Shown: positions 26,779 to 38,524 of the stretch, one piece after another | Position numbering within the stretch: the stretch's first letter is position 1 | Layout: each line of letters opens with the position of its first letter | IMG/VR virus record: IMGVR_UViG_3300028840_001395 | Span: 186,001-250,000 of that record | Direction: 5' to 3' (one strand) | Length of the DNA stretch: 64,000 bases | Notes under the pieces: model-generated | The model's input: only the letters and a program-made list of their open reading frames with translations | The model's database searches: none | Told to the model about the DNA's origin: nothing | Program-made: the position numbers and the translations under genes

Positions 26779-27609
26779 ATGCCCGATGTCCAGCAGATCC
26801 AGGTCGTATGCCGGTCAATCGACCAGGCCCACTTCAACTTCATCAGGGAGCTGTTCCAGCGGGGGCGCACCTACGTCAACCTGCGGGGCAGCTACGAGGG
26901 TCACCAGCGGCTGGAGTTCGGGTTCATCAACTTGCACCTGACCCATCCGGGCGAGGACACGGTGCCGATTCTGCCCCAGGGTGTCCCGGCGATGAGCACC
27001 CTGGAGGGCAACGAGAAGTACTTCCTCGACAAGCTCATGAATCCCGACCCCGAGCCGAACGAGCAGTACACCTATGGGCGCTTCATCGCCCCGCAGCTCC
27101 CGAAGATCGTCAAGATGCTGCGGGACACGCCGGACACCAACCAGGCCGTCATCTGCATCGGCAACGAGCACAGCGTCGATCAGGAGCATCCGCCCTGTCT
27201 CCGGCTGATCGACTTCCGTGTTCAGGGCGACCGGCTCCACATGTTCGTCTACTTCCGCTCCTGGGATCTCTGGGGTGGCCTCCCCGAGAACCTCGGTGGC
27301 CTGCGACACCTTCAGGAGTACGTCGCCACCGAGATCGACCGGGATGCGGGCGAGCTTCTCGCGGCCAGCAAGGGCCTGCACCTGTACGACATGGCGTGGC
27401 CCGTCGCCTTGATGCGCCTCGCGGACAACATGCCCGACAACTCGGTCATCACCCGGAAGCAGGCCGAACTGGGTGAGGGCTGGATGTCCGTCTGCGCTGC
27501 CTGTGGGGAGTCCATCGCGGAGGGTGAGGGCCACCGGGCGACGCGGCTCAACCCGGAGACGGGGCAGGACGAGTACGTGATGTACTGCAACGCCCACAAG
27601 GAGCCCTAG
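26779..27609 (+). CDS. thyA: Thymidylate synthase family protein (compact type) with C-terminal Zn-finger-like tail
   Basis: YTYG, HPPCLRLIDF (catalytic Cys), FRSWDLWGGLPENL (Asn = dUMP-type specificity), GLHLYD. Confidence 0.8.
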   Translation: MPDVQQIQVVCRSIDQAHFNFIRELFQRGRTYVNLRGSYEGHQRLEFGFINLHLTHPGEDTVPILPQGVPAMSTLEGNEKYFLDKLMNPDPEPNEQYTYGRFIAPQLPKIVKMLRDTPDTNQAVICIGNEHSVDQEHPPCLRLIDFRVQGDRLHMFVYFRSWDLWGGLPENLGGLRHLQEYVATEIDRDAGELLAASKGLHLYDMAWPVALMRLADNMPDNSVITRKQAELGEGWMSVCAACGESIAEGEGHRATRLNPETGQDEYVMYCNAHKEP

Positions 27610-27649
27610 AACCTCTCCGTATCGGGTAGATCTAGTCGGAGGTGAGAAG

Positions 27650-28728
27650 ATGGCACGATGCAACGGGTGTGGGAAGTGGATGGGCGCGTTCGAGACCGCC
27701 ACTTACTGCGATGATTGCCGGGAGGATTCGAGCAATCAATGCTGTTCGGTCTGCGGGAAGCGGGATGATGGTCACCGGAGCGAATGCACCTGCGAGACGA
27801 ACAACTATGACCCGGACTTCGACTGATGGCGACTACACAAGATATCGCAGACCGCATCACTTCGGGACGCCTCTACCCGCTAGGAATTGCTTTGGAGAGA
27901 TGGGGCCAAAGTCGTTGGCCGGATTTCCCAGAGGTTCTGAAATGGCACCCTGACCCAACCCTCAATCGACTTGGGCGGTTGCGTGACTATCTCGTGTTCC
28001 ACTCGATTCAGGCTCCGTTCAAACGTCGCTTCCATGCAACCGTCCTCAACCTCCTGTTGACGGCAGCCTACCGCTTGCAGTTGTTCGGTGTGGCTGATTC
28101 CTACCGACGCAAGTTCTTGCGGAGTGACCAGCCCATCGGCATCCGATAGGAGGGACAGATGGCGACCGAACACCTGCTCTATGAGGGCATCACCTACGAG
28201 GTCGAGGCCCGCTGGGAAGAGTTCAACGGCGGCATCGTCTATCAGGTCGGGGTCATCTTCAAACAGGCACGGAACATCGCTATGGCCCCTCTCCGAGTGA
28301 GCGACCGGGGCAATGACCCCCGTGAGGCGATGCACCATCTGGTGATGCTCATCAACGACCTGAAGCTGGCCGGGGTCTTGAAGAAGATCGAGGGTCGCCA
28401 GGGCCTCTACTTCGACCCCGAGGCTGAGGTGCCCATCGACCTGCAGAACCGAGTCTCTTCGTGAGGGACTGTCATGGGTGAGACCGCCTACCTCCTGTTC
28501 CTCTGTCAGATGACCGACAGACCCCCGTATATCAAGTTCCTCGAAGCGGACGTGTACTCCGAGCGCCACCCCACCACGATGTCCGGCTACGTGTATCTCT
28601 ACCTGTCAGAATCCACCGGCACCTCCTTCAAAGAGGCCAAGGCCAACGTCTTGAAGAAGGCCAAGGCCAGGTGGGGCGATGACTGGGTGCAGGGGGTCTT
28701 GAGCGCCGGGATTGGGGTAATCAGGTAG
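27650..28728 (+). other. Four small hypothetical CDSs (27650-27826 Cys-rich, 27826-28149, 28159-28464, 28474-28728)
   Basis: ORFs with RBSs; first translated by hand (MARCNGCGKW...). Confidence 0.6.
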
Positions 28729-29115
28729 ATGACCCTGAAGTGCCCAGAGTGCGGGGCTCCGATGGAGCTTCGACCCAGCCAGTTCGGCAAGAACCGGGTG
28801 TACTACGCCTGTATCGCGGACGACTGCCGAGGAGCGCACGGGGCACACCCGGACGGGACGCCGTTGGGCAAACCCGCTGACCAGGCGACCAAGCGGATGC
28901 GGATGGCGGCTCATGCGGAGTTCGACAAGCTCTGGAAGCGGGGCGACTTCACCCGCAAGCAGGCCTACGCCTGGATGCAAGAGACGCTGGGGCTGACCAA
29001 GGAGGAGGCGCACATCGCCAACTTCGATATCCCGACCTGCAAGCGGCTCATCGAGGCCGTCTGGGCGAAGCTCGAAGCCAATGATGATTCGATACTCCCC
29101 GACGAGTGGAGGTAG
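28729..29115 (+). CDS. DUF3268-like zinc-finger protein
   Basis: CPECG...YYAC...GAHPDGTPLGKPAD...RMAAHAEFDKLWK...AYAW...HIANFD...C. Confidence 0.75.
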   Translation: MTLKCPECGAPMELRPSQFGKNRVYYACIADDCRGAHGAHPDGTPLGKPADQATKRMRMAAHAEFDKLWKRGDFTRKQAYAWMQETLGLTKEEAHIANFDIPTCKRLIEAVWAKLEANDDSILPDEWR

Positions 29116-29120
29116 CGACG

Positions 29121-29345
29121 ATGGCAGACCTGGCAGACATGATGGATGAGAACTCTGTCCGGCTCGAAGTCGAGGTCATCAAGATGGATGACCAGTCCAT
29201 GCTGGTCGAGTATGAGGGCGAGCAGGAGTGGATTCCCTACAGCCTCATCGAGGAGGAATCCGAGATCACCGAATTTTCCGAGGACGGCGAGGAGGGGGCG
29301 CTGGTCATCCCTCGCTGGAAGGCCGAGGACGTGGGCTTCGTCTAG
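29121..29345 (+). CDS. Small acidic hypothetical protein
   Basis: GGAGG RBS; EWIPYSLI...LVIPRWKA. Confidence 0.65.
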   Translation: MADLADMMDENSVRLEVEVIKMDDQSMLVEYEGEQEWIPYSLIEEESEITEFSEDGEEGALVIPRWKAEDVGFV

Positions 29346-29854
29346 GCCCACCCACGTCCATAGAGCGCACTCATGATCTTTTTCACGCACTGGGACACCG
29401 TATCTTGCGGTGTCAGGCGGAGATCGTGTCCTTTGGGCTTCTCGAAGGGGTCGTCAACCCCGGTGAAGTGAGGGAGATCGCCCCGTCTGGCAGCCTCCCA
29501 CATCCCCTTCACATCACGTTCCTCGCAGACCTCGGTAGGGGCGTCCATCCAGACCAGAATCACCCGGTCGAGCACCCTCTGAATATCTTCGCGGTCCTTC
29601 TCATAGGGTGTGATGTTGGCGGCGACAACACAGATTCCCTGACGGTTGACGACCCCAGCCACCTCACGGACACGCCGGAGGTTCTCCCTGCGGTCAGGCA
29701 AACTGAAGCCCAGGTCAGAACACAACCCTGTCCGCACAGCGTCCCCGTCGAGGGACAAGCACGGGGAGGGAAGAGAGGGAACCAGAACGCGGGCAATCGT
29801 GGTTTTGCCTGAGCATGGAAGGCCCATCAACCAGACGGTGAATCCGTACTTCAC
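29342..29854 (-). CDS. cysC: Adenylyl-sulfate (APS) kinase
   Basis: [52 protein letters not shown]. Confidence 0.93.
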   Translation of the reverse strand: MKYGFTVWLMGLPCSGKTTIARVLVPSLPSPCLSLDGDAVRTGLCSDLGFSLPDRRENLRRVREVAGVVNRQGICVVAANITPYEKDREDIQRVLDRVILVWMDAPTEVCEERDVKGMWEAARRGDLPHFTGVDDPFEKPKGHDLRLTPQDTVSQCVKKIMSALYGRGWA

Positions 29855-30888
29855 TCGGACTCTTTCCCCGCCAACTTCAGGTCGTGGGCCACCATGAGCC
29901 GCACGAGTTCCTCGAACTTGACGGAGGGTGTCCATCCGAGGCTGTCCGCTGCCTTGGAAGCGTCACCCAGTAGCTCCACGACATCCGTGGGCCGGAAGTA
30001 TCTCGGGTCAACCTGAACGCGGACTCGCCCACGTTCGTCAACCCCGTGACGATGAACCCCCTCACCCAAGAACTCCAGGGGCATCCCAGCACACGCGAAC
30101 GCCTCCCGGCAGAAGTCCTCGACCGAGTGGTCCTCACCCGTGGCCAGCACGTAGTCCTCGGGTGCGTCCTGCTGGAGCATCCGCCACATGCCCTCCACGA
30201 ACTCGGGAGCGTATCCCCAGTCCCGGCGGGCAGCCAGGTTACCCAGGTAGAGGCAATCCTGTAGGCCGTGCTTGATGCGACCCACGGCCCGAGTGATCTT
30301 CCGGGTGACGAAGGTCTCGCCTCGACGCTCCGACTCATGGTTGAACAGGATGCCGTTGCAGGCGTAGAGGCCGTAGGCTTCCCGGTAGTTCACCGTCACC
30401 CAGTAAGCGTACAGCTTGGCCGCAGCGTAGGGGCTGCAAGGACGGAAAGGTGTGCTCTCGCTCTGGGGTGACTCCTGCACCTTGCCATACAGCTCCGAGG
30501 TCGAAGCCTGGTAGAAGCGGGTCTTGATTCTGGCGTCCTTGATCGCGTCGAGCAGGCGAATGGTTCCCAGTCCCGTGACTTCAGCGGTGTACTCGGGCAC
30601 CTCGAAGCTGACCTTGACGTGACTCTGCGCCGCCAGGTTGTAAATCTCGTCCGGTTCCAGGCGCTCAATCAGGCGGGAGATGTTCGACCCATCCGTCAGG
30701 TCGCCGTAGTGCAGGAACAGCGTGCGGTCGTTGACGTGGGGGTCTTGATAGAGATGGTCGATGCGAGCCGTGTTGAAGGAGGACGAGCGACGGATGATGC
30801 CGTGAACCTCGTAGCCCTTGGCCAGCAGCAGTTCAGCCAGGTACGATCCGTCCTGGCCGGTGATTCCTGTGATGAGCGCCTTCCTCAT
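29851..30888 (-). CDS. gmd: GDP-mannose 4,6-dehydratase
   Basis: [61 protein letters not shown]. Confidence 0.97.
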   Translation of the reverse strand: MRKALITGITGQDGSYLAELLLAKGYEVHGIIRRSSSFNTARIDHLYQDPHVNDRTLFLHYGDLTDGSNISRLIERLEPDEIYNLAAQSHVKVSFEVPEYTAEVTGLGTIRLLDAIKDARIKTRFYQASTSELYGKVQESPQSESTPFRPCSPYAAAKLYAYWVTVNYREAYGLYACNGILFNHESERRGETFVTRKITRAVGRIKHGLQDCLYLGNLAARRDWGYAPEFVEGMWRMLQQDAPEDYVLATGEDHSVEDFCREAFACAGMPLEFLGEGVHRHGVDERGRVRVQVDPRYFRPTDVVELLGDASKAADSLGWTPSVKFEELVRLMVAHDLKLAGKESE

Positions 30889-31793
30889 GCGTGCCTCTTG
30901 AACCAGTCGTAGGTCTTGCGAATGCCGTCCTCCAGCGAGGTCTGTGCCTGCCAGCCCAGATCCCGTAGTCGGCTCACGTCGAGCAGCTTCCGGGGCGTCC
31001 CGTCCGGCATGTCGGTGTCCCAGAGGATGTCACCCTCGTATCCCACCACTTCCTTCAGCAGGGAGGCCAGTTCCGCAATCGTGAGATCTTCACCCACCCC
31101 GACGTTGACGAAGTTGTCCCGTCCGTCCGCATCGAAGTGCTCCATCAGGAACACCAGAGCGTCGGCCAGGTCATCCACGTAGAGGAACTCCCGGCGGGGT
31201 GCCCCCGTCCCCCACAGAGTCACCGAGGGCAATCCTGCGACTTTGGCATCGTGGAAGCGCCGCAGTAGGGCGGGCAGGACGTGGCTCCCGTGGGGGTCGA
31301 AGTTGTCGCCGGGGCCGTAGAGGTTCGTGGGCATCGCGGCGATGAAGTTGGTGCCGTGCTGCCGGTTGTAGCTCTGGCACATCAGGATGCCCGCGATCTT
31401 GGCGATGGCGTAGGCGTCGTTGGTCGGCTCCAGTGGCCCGGTCAGGAGGTGATCTTCTTGCATCGGTTGCGGCGCGAGCTTGGGATAGATGCAGGATGAC
31501 CCGAGGAACAGCAGCTTGCGGACACCGTGGCGATAAGCTGCATCGATCACGTTGGTCTGGATCTGGAGGTTGACCCGAAGGAAGTCCGCCGGGTAGGTGT
31601 CGTTGGCCAGAATCCCGCCCACCTTGGCTGCTGCGAGGAATACACCTTCGGGCTGCTCCTCGGAGAAGAACTCATCCACCGCCTGCGGGTCGGTGAGGTC
31701 GAGCTGGTCACGGTCGCGGACGAGGGGCGGTGTTGGGAGCCTCCGACACAAGGCGGACCCGACGAGGCCCTTATGACCGGCTACATACCACAT
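30885..31793 (-). CDS. fcl: GDP-L-fucose synthase
   Basis: [60 protein letters not shown]. Confidence 0.96.
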   Translation of the reverse strand: MWYVAGHKGLVGSALCRRLPTPPLVRDRDQLDLTDPQAVDEFFSEEQPEGVFLAAAKVGGILANDTYPADFLRVNLQIQTNVIDAAYRHGVRKLLFLGSSCIYPKLAPQPMQEDHLLTGPLEPTNDAYAIAKIAGILMCQSYNRQHGTNFIAAMPTNLYGPGDNFDPHGSHVLPALLRRFHDAKVAGLPSVTLWGTGAPRREFLYVDDLADALVFLMEHFDADGRDNFVNVGVGEDLTIAELASLLKEVVGYEGDILWDTDMPDGTPRKLLDVSRLRDLGWQAQTSLEDGIRKTYDWFKRHA

Positions 31794-32482
31794 CACAGGT
31801 CTCGTGGAGCCTGCGGGGCGACCGGTTTCTCCCGGCCCTGTGCCCTCTCCACATCCTTTGCACTGCTCAGCATACACTGGTCACAGTGGAGCGGGAGATC
31901 GCCAATCTTCTCTTTCCAGTCGGGGTTGTCCTCCAGCTTGAGGCCCTTCCCGAGCGGAACACAGCAGGGATAAACGAACCCGTCCAGGCAAATGGTCGTG
32001 GTGTACTTGTTATTGCAGTCTCGTGGGTCTTGCCCAGGAGCCGACCAATGCACCGTCTTGGCCTCGGCTAGCTGGACACGCCCCTCGCAGTAGTGCCGGA
32101 GTTCCTGGATGGTGTGAGTGTTGCTCTTGCATCCTGGGTGGGTCTCGGAGGTGAGGACAGGGACTCGCACGGCATCGAAGTAGTCGAGGATGTCCAAGTG
32201 ATCAAGGATCAGATCCCCGTTGGTGGCCAAGAAGATCTTGTCGTAGGAATAGCCCTCACTGACGGCCTTGACCACCTCCTTCAGGCGAGGGTGAAGCAAA
32301 GGCTCCCCTCCCGTGATGCAGAGGTTGGGGATGTGGCCGATCAGGGGGGCCAGCTTCATGAGGAAATCCACATCCCAGTGCTGCGCCTTCCTGTGAGGGA
32401 TCCGAAAGCTACACGAGGGGCATTTCCTGTTACACGCGGTCGTGATCATCAGAGCCAGCAAGTGGAGGGGTGCTGTAGCCAC
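31793..32482 (-). CDS. Radical SAM protein with short SPASM/twitch-like C-terminal region
   Basis: CNRKCPSC (CxxxCxxC), [15 protein letters not shown]-terminal Cys cluster. Confidence 0.85.
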   Translation of the reverse strand: MATAPLHLLALMITTACNRKCPSCSFRIPHRKAQHWDVDFLMKLAPLIGHIPNLCITGGEPLLHPRLKEVVKAVSEGYSYDKIFLATNGDLILDHLDILDYFDAVRVPVLTSETHPGCKSNTHTIQELRHYCEGRVQLAEAKTVHWSAPGQDPRDCNNKYTTTICLDGFVYPCCVPLGKGLKLEDNPDWKEKIGDLPLHCDQCMLSSAKDVERAQGREKPVAPQAPRDL

Positions 32483-32483
32483 T

Positions 32484-33146
32484 TCAGCCCTCCTCGACAG
32501 GGGCATTGAGATCTTCCACGATGGCTACCACCTCTCGATACAAGAGATGGGCGGCTCCCTTTCCAAGGTGTATTCCATCCTCGGTAAATCCCTCCAAGAT
32601 GGCCCCCTCGGAGTCCACCACCTTGCTCCAGAGATCGCAGTAGCTCACTCCTCGGTTGCGGCATTCCTGCGCCAACAAGTCGTTGACCTTGATCGTCAGT
32701 TCCCGCCGTTCCTCCAAGCTGCCTTCACAGGGGAAATTGCGATTACGGCTGTTCATCGCCGGACTCACACTTAAAACGAATGACTGAGACTTGGTAAGCC
32801 TGGAAAATTCGGTGATGGTGTTCAGGTAAGGATGGACGAGCTTGGGCAGGGTTTCTGATCCCTGCTGTTCTGTGATACGGACGAGATGGCACCGCACATC
32901 AATCTCTCCGGACACCCATGCGATAACACTACCTGGGACAATCCTCGGGAGCCAGTTCCAAGAGTCCTCGCCAATACCTGCTTCCTTGATGGAAGCAAGA
33001 CCTTGAACCCCATCTCGGCCCACCCGGTGCATTGTCACAGGGCCAAGATGATGGACACACCCCTTATTGGCCAGGGGGAGGAACAACTGAGTATGACTAT
33101 CCCCGATAGCATGGAGATTCTGGATTCTGGTGTATTCCTGGCTCAA
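32484..33146 (-). CDS. SGNH/GDSL-like hydrolase (possible O-acyl modifying enzyme)
   Basis: IGDSH, GEIDVRCH, DGIHL; TTG start inferred. Confidence 0.7.
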   Translation of the reverse strand: MSQEYTRIQNLHAIGDSHTQLFLPLANKGCVHHLGPVTMHRVGRDGVQGLASIKEAGIGEDSWNWLPRIVPGSVIAWVSGEIDVRCHLVRITEQQGSETLPKLVHPYLNTITEFSRLTKSQSFVLSVSPAMNSRNRNFPCEGSLEERRELTIKVNDLLAQECRNRGVSYCDLWSKVVDSEGAILEGFTEDGIHLGKGAAHLLYREVVAIVEDLNAPVEEG

Positions 33147-33156
33147 GAGGTACCTC

Positions 33157-33765
33157 TTACTCGAACTTGTAACCGAACCGCTCCAAGTCCTCTGCGAAGA
33201 TCCTCTCCAAGAGCGCCCGTGATTCGTCGTCGTAGTAGTCCCGGTAGTCCTTCTTCCGTTGGGTGATGTTGACGTGGGGGAACTCGATCCTCGGGAGGCC
33301 CATCCGCTTCCGAAGATCGTGGACACAGGTGGGCAGCTCCTCGAACTTGAGCACCACATCCACGATCTGCTGACCATCCTCGTCCGTGACGAACTCGGTC
33401 AGCGTGGCATAGGAGTTGACCCCGTAGACCCGAGGCTCCTTGGTCTTCATCTCGTACCAGCGCAGGTACTCTGCGAGGCTCTTGCCCTGCATGAACTTGT
33501 GGAAGTTGTGGCCCGGCTTCTGGACGATGTAGAAGTAGGTGGAAAGCATCCAGTCGAAGGGATTGCGGACCATCAGGAACTTCAAAGCATCGTTCCACTC
33601 TTGAATCCGGCCCTTCGACTCGAACCACTTCTTCACGTCCCGAGGCAGAACGTGCCCACCCAGGATATCATCGCCACAACCCTCGAACACCTTCCGAAGG
33701 GACATCCCCCCTGTGCGGAAGATGTGGAAGAACAGGTAATTGTCGTCAGCATTGAAAAGAGCCAC
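33157..33765 (-). CDS. Sulfotransferase family 2 protein
   Basis: FFHIFRTGGMSL (PAPS loop), VRNPFDWMLSTY, KFEEL, DYRDYYD, DLERFGYKF. Confidence 0.85.
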   Translation of the reverse strand: MALFNADDNYLFFHIFRTGGMSLRKVFEGCGDDILGGHVLPRDVKKWFESKGRIQEWNDALKFLMVRNPFDWMLSTYFYIVQKPGHNFHKFMQGKSLAEYLRWYEMKTKEPRVYGVNSYATLTEFVTDEDGQQIVDVVLKFEELPTCVHDLRKRMGLPRIEFPHVNITQRKKDYRDYYDDESRALLERIFAEDLERFGYKFE

Positions 33766-33806
33766 GGGTATATCCTTTCGGGTTCTCGGTCAGTTTGTCG
33801 TCCACC

Positions 33807-34541
33807 TTACTTCCGAATGAGCACGAACCCTGCACTCAGATAGGGACGCCTCGCTGACGGAAGGCTGTTGGTCTGTATGTCATCGTAGAACTCCCGAGCC
33901 TGCTCCCGATACGCCTCGGTGTCCGGCAGATCGGTCGGCTCGGCTACCGTGGCCAAGTCCTCCACGGCTGCGAACAGATCACGGAAAGCGTCCGCATCGA
34001 AGTTGAACTGCTCGGGCCAACTTTGGTGGGGTTCCGGCCACTCCCCTTGCTGGTAGTAAGTGGCCACCTCAAAGGCCGGGACAGTCACCACGAGGGGAGC
34101 ACCGGGCTTCAGGAGTGACAGCAGGTTCCTGACGATTCGCAGAATCTTGTCCCAGTCGTTGTGCTCGATGGCACTGAGGCTCAGGATGCCATCGAAGGAG
34201 CCGGGGTCAAGCATGGGAGTATCTTCCAGATCCGATTGGATCAGGGTGGCCCGAGTGATGCAGTCCTGGTGGTGATGCCCTGGCTTGACATCGACGTTCA
34301 CAGCTTCGCCGTAGTTCTCAGCCAGGAAGTGCTGCATCGAACTCTGACCACCTCCAGCATCCATCACACGGGCCTTGTCGTGCGGCTGCTGGACGTAGGT
34401 AGCCAGCTTCTCACAAGCCCAGGAGTACTCTGCCGTGTAGGGCCAACGATCTGGCCACTTATACCCAGGACGCCGCTTCTCTCGAATCACAGCATGTTGC
34501 TGAAGAACGTCTTCCACACGGTAGTCGAGGGGGATAAGCAT
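33807..34541 (-). CDS. Class I SAM-dependent methyltransferase
   Basis: RVMDAGGG, FDGILSLSAIEH, LLKPGAPLVVTVP. Confidence 0.8.
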   Translation of the reverse strand: MLIPLDYRVEDVLQQHAVIREKRRPGYKWPDRWPYTAEYSWACEKLATYVQQPHDKARVMDAGGGQSSMQHFLAENYGEAVNVDVKPGHHHQDCITRATLIQSDLEDTPMLDPGSFDGILSLSAIEHNDWDKILRIVRNLLSLLKPGAPLVVTVPAFEVATYYQQGEWPEPHQSWPEQFNFDADAFRDLFAAVEDLATVAEPTDLPDTEAYREQAREFYDDIQTNSLPSARRPYLSAGFVLIRK

Positions 34542-34546
34542 GAGAT

Positions 34547-37500
34547 TTACCTCTTGATTCCGAGAAGATTCAGAGAGACGGTGTCGTAGGATGACCAGTC
34601 CCTCACCGCCTTGATCTCCGGTACTTCGTTACTCTTCCATTCCTTGATATCCTTGAACCCTGCTGCGATCAGCAGCTTGGTCAGGGACTCCTTCACGAAG
34701 GTCTGCTTGTGGCGGTCGGGTTCCTCCGCCGCCTTGCGGAAGTCTCCGAACAGGGGAGCGTTGGGGTCTTTTCCGAACTTGTGCGACTCGACGCAGTTGG
34801 CCACGATGAGTCGCAGATCAGGAACCGCGACCCGAAGGATACCTCCAGGACGTAGCGCCTGGTGCCAGTTCCGTAGGATGTCGAGGGTTTCCTCGGCGTA
34901 GAAGTGCTCAAGGACATGGCAGGCGTAGATCTCGGAATAGGCCGCGCTCGGGAGAGCTTCGTGGGCGTCGAGCACCTGATCGACTGCCGGGCCGGGCCTC
35001 AAGTCCGTGTTGATGTAGCCCTTGATGTGCTTGTCGCCACAGGCGATGTGGAGCTTCAGTTCTTTCTGGGGCGGGGTGGGTTCCACGATGTCTACCTCGG
35101 GAATCGAGACAGTTTCATGGTTTCCGGTTGGGAGCGCCAAGCCCCTCTGTCGGCGTTCCTCCCGGACGATGGCGAGAAGTTGTTCCATTGCAACGTCCCA
35201 CGTCCAGTGGTCACGGGCCAGTTCGTATCCGGCCTGCTGAATGACAGCCCTGTCCGCATCCCGTTCGGGTCTCAACCAGTCCCGGAGTAGCTCGACAAGC
35301 TCCTCGTTGTCCTTCCAGATGACGCAGTTGACCCCATCTTGCAGACCGTAGCCTTCCATGTCATCGAAGTACTGGACGGCACAGAAGCCCTTGGTGATGA
35401 GGGAGTCGGGAAGTCGGTCGGAAGTGTAGCGGCGGAGCTTCTGGAAGAGGGACTGCACGACCACGACGCGGGCGACGGAATGAAGCTCTGCACGCCGAGC
35501 CCGTGCGATAAACGGGTGTGATAGGATGGGCTGGCGGAGCTTGTTCCAGGAATGTCCGTAGCAGACATACATCCCCGGAAGGGCCTTCTCGATGTCCAGC
35601 GCCATCTGAACGCGAGGTGCCACCCCCGGCCCCTTGTGGAACCCAGTGTGAGGAGACCCTGTGAAGCAGGCCTTCCCAGCCGCTTTCCAGTCCTTCGGAT
35701 TCCCCTGACGAGGCCCGTTGACGGTGGTGTCCGTCCCGATAATATGGTGCCCAGTCTTGGCCCGGACACCCATCTCTCTGAGCTTCTCGGCGTAGGTACA
35801 CTCCGACGAGAGGAACAGGTCAAGTTCCTTGCACTGATCTGCCTGCCACGCCTCAACCGGCTCGTCAATGTCCGTCCGGACATCCCCCGTCCACGACACG
35901 ATGAGGCAGTTCGGAGGGGCGAGCTTCCGCATCTGACGGATGATGCCCGAGTTGAAAGCCCTGTTCCCCTGCACCTGCATCCAGATCAGAGTTGGCTGGT
36001 GCGTCCTGATCAGCTCATAGACCTCTTCATACATCCGATTGAGACCGACCTTCTGCCTTCGTTCGTTCCAACGGATCGTCTGATATGGCCCCATCCTTGC
36101 CAAAGCCAGACAGTGACCATGTTGGGCTTCATGCGACCCGGCAAGAGAGACGTGCAGGACTCTCTCGGGAGGCCCGGCTTCAATCGGTGACCGCCGGTGA
36201 GGCATCCCCCGCTTAGGGTTGTACACGTTGGGCCAACCCATCGGGTCTCGGGTGATAGGCCTCGCGTACTTCTTGTTGTATTTCTTATGCCACGCATCCC
36301 GGTGCTTATTGAGGCGCGTTGAGTTGGCTTCCCTGTTGGGATCGTCCAGAGTCTCATTCACCAGGTCGATGAGCGTCACATCAGGCTTACGCTCCATCTT
36401 CCAACCCAGCCGATGTCCTCGCAGCCCCCAGGCCGAGTCTCCCCCGTAGGTGTGATGTGTCCGGGTGTTTTCGTCGCCCCAGAAGGCCCCGAAGCCTTCC
36501 GCGATGATGTCCTCGCACATCTCCCGGCGAGCAACGACCTGGTTGGGGTGAGGAAGACCAGGGGCTTGAGGGAAGTCCATCTTCATGTAGGTCTTACCCC
36601 GGTCACGGCTCATGTGAAAAGCCACGGCCCCGAGAGTTGGGTCGGAGTCCAGGTGCCGTATCGCGTTCGCTATCGACTTCCCTTCGATGATGATGTCGTC
36701 GTTGATCTGACAGATGAACCTGCCCTTGGACGCTTCATACGCCCGGTTGAAAGCCGGAATCGCCCCCTCCATCCCTCCCAGGATGGGCCGGATATCAGAC
36801 TGCTCCTTCATCCACGTCATGGATGTGTCGGACTCATCGCCGTAGGCGATGACGATCTCGTAGGTGTAGTCGGAATCCTTGAGGCTCTCGCGGACAGATG
36901 CCACGCATTCCTTGAGCATCTCCGGTCGGTTGACTGTTCCCAGAATCACCGAGCAGTCGATAGGAGCCGCCGTGACCATGCGAGAGATATCCCGCTGCAG
37001 ATCAGGATGGAGGGGGGGAGGGGCAGGCTCGGGGATAACCTCGGGAGGCTTCTGTGGATGCCTGTTCTTCCACTTTCGCACGGAGTCCCGCATCGGCTTC
37101 CGACCGATGCGGGAAGGAGCTTCCTCGACCGGAACCGGAGGCTGATCCCCCCGGAGAGACTTCAGGAGCTTCCTCATGTCCTCCGGAATGTCCTCTGCAT
37201 CATCGAGGCTACCCTGACCGATGATCTCGAAGGAGCCCTTGCGTGAACGACCTTCTCGCTCCAACACCGCCCGGTTCCAGATGTTGTCCGCGTGCTGCAA
37301 GCAGACGATGAGGTCGATCTCCTTGGTGATATCCTTGAACACCGGGCGGGTGTTCATCCCCTTGCGGAAAGCTGCGGCCATCGGGCCGTCTTTGCCCCGT
37401 GCCCGCTCCGGCCAACCCCCGACCTTGCGGAGATGCTCTCCTGCGAAGGAGATGCTCGTCCCGATGAGTCCCTGCTCGGCCCGGCCTGTCCACCGCATCA

Positions 37501-38524
37501 CCCGATCTTCGGCCAGCGCGTAGAACAAAACCTCCGCGACACCCGACCAGTGAGCACCCTCATCGTGAGCCCGACAGGCTGCAGCCAGGCGACCGATGGG
37601 CTGGATGTCGTCATCGTCAGCCAAGAGCACCAGGTCAACGGTCGGACCCGCCGCCTGAAGAATGGCGTTGAGCTTCGAGGTCACCGTCTGACTGGTCACC
37701 TCAACGTAGCGCACCCGCTCCATCTTCTGCACGAGGCCCTTGCCTGCATCGGTGGGCTCCCCACCGACCAGAATCTCGTAGTCCCAACCCGCAGGCACAG
37801 TCTGCTGCTGAAGTCGCTTCAGGCAGGCTTCGAGCAACTTGGGGCGATGGGTCGTGGCGACGAAGAACGCAGCCCTCTTGCTACGAGTGGGCTTGGTCTG
37901 TCTTGGACTGGGCTTGACGGTGGGTGTCACCTTGGGGGCAGTTTGGGGCTTCGGCTTGGGCTTCTTCTTGGGAGCAGGGACCGTCCGGTCAACAAGGCTT
38001 CGGGCCACTCGATAGGTGGCGAGGTTCTTGATATTGGGCCATTCCCGCAAGTACTGCTCGGAGACCATGTAGCAGTGGTCGAGCTTCCCCGCGTTCTCCA
38101 AGGCCACCACGGGCTGGGGGAGGATATCCTTCGCTTCCGCCTCCCCTACCAGATTCAGAGCACCCAGCTTGTCCGGGGAGAGCTTGCCCCACGTCTTGAT
38201 CGCGCTGGCGAAGAAGTGTTGCGGGAGCGTCAGGCCCGAATGCAAGAAGAAGTTGTAGTCGGCAGGGTGGTCAGCCCACTTCTGATGGCACCACTCCCGG
38301 TACACGGGGGCTGACAGCTTCCGCTTGGACAGGAAGTAGCCCCACCCCTGCTTCTGGATGATCTTCCAGGCCGCGCTGAAGTCGCTCTTGAGCGCATTGT
38401 TGCAGACGATGACGTGAACCTGATAGAGCCGGGTCAACGTCTCCAGGTGGGCCAGCAGATTCTTGAGCCCGTTGGCCCCACTCCCTGCCGACACGAGGAT
38501 GGAGATCGAAGGCTTCTTGGTCAT
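34547..38524 (-). CDS. Giant multidomain glycosyltransferase (about three GT2-like domains + GT-B/CgeB-like domain + C-terminal methyltransferase), ~1325 aa
   Basis: SILVS; VATTHRP...LADDDD; SVILGTVNRP...QINDD; TSDRLPDSL...WTWD; KLHIACG...YINTD...CHVLEHF...LRPGGILRVAVPD. Confidence 0.85.
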   Translation of the reverse strand: MTKKPSISILVSAGSGANGLKNLLAHLETLTRLYQVHVIVCNNALKSDFSAAWKIIQKQGWGYFLSKRKLSAPVYREWCHQKWADHPADYNFFLHSGLTLPQHFFASAIKTWGKLSPDKLGALNLVGEAEAKDILPQPVVALENAGKLDHCYMVSEQYLREWPNIKNLATYRVARSLVDRTVPAPKKKPKPKPQTAPKVTPTVKPSPRQTKPTRSKRAAFFVATTHRPKLLEACLKRLQQQTVPAGWDYEILVGGEPTDAGKGLVQKMERVRYVEVTSQTVTSKLNAILQAAGPTVDLVLLADDDDIQPIGRLAAACRAHDEGAHWSGVAEVLFYALAEDRVMRWTGRAEQGLIGTSISFAGEHLRKVGGWPERARGKDGPMAAAFRKGMNTRPVFKDITKEIDLIVCLQHADNIWNRAVLEREGRSRKGSFEIIGQGSLDDAEDIPEDMRKLLKSLRGDQPPVPVEEAPSRIGRKPMRDSVRKWKNRHPQKPPEVIPEPAPPPLHPDLQRDISRMVTAAPIDCSVILGTVNRPEMLKECVASVRESLKDSDYTYEIVIAYGDESDTSMTWMKEQSDIRPILGGMEGAIPAFNRAYEASKGRFICQINDDIIIEGKSIANAIRHLDSDPTLGAVAFHMSRDRGKTYMKMDFPQAPGLPHPNQVVARREMCEDIIAEGFGAFWGDENTRTHHTYGGDSAWGLRGHRLGWKMERKPDVTLIDLVNETLDDPNREANSTRLNKHRDAWHKKYNKKYARPITRDPMGWPNVYNPKRGMPHRRSPIEAGPPERVLHVSLAGSHEAQHGHCLALARMGPYQTIRWNERRQKVGLNRMYEEVYELIRTHQPTLIWMQVQGNRAFNSGIIRQMRKLAPPNCLIVSWTGDVRTDIDEPVEAWQADQCKELDLFLSSECTYAEKLREMGVRAKTGHHIIGTDTTVNGPRQGNPKDWKAAGKACFTGSPHTGFHKGPGVAPRVQMALDIEKALPGMYVCYGHSWNKLRQPILSHPFIARARRAELHSVARVVVVQSLFQKLRRYTSDRLPDSLITKGFCAVQYFDDMEGYGLQDGVNCVIWKDNEELVELLRDWLRPERDADRAVIQQAGYELARDHWTWDVAMEQLLAIVREERRQRGLALPTGNHETVSIPEVDIVEPTPPQKELKLHIACGDKHIKGYINTDLRPGPAVDQVLDAHEALPSAAYSEIYACHVLEHFYAEETLDILRNWHQALRPGGILRVAVPDLRLIVANCVESHKFGKDPNAPLFGDFRKAAEEPDRHKQTFVKESLTKLLIAAGFKDIKEWKSNEVPEIKAVRDWSSYDTVSLNLLGIKR

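Noticed and set aside
33145-33158. Perfect 14-bp palindrome AAGAGGTACCTCTT over the SGNH RBS/start
   Set aside because: Single occurrence, only a 5-bp stem as RNA; could be chance
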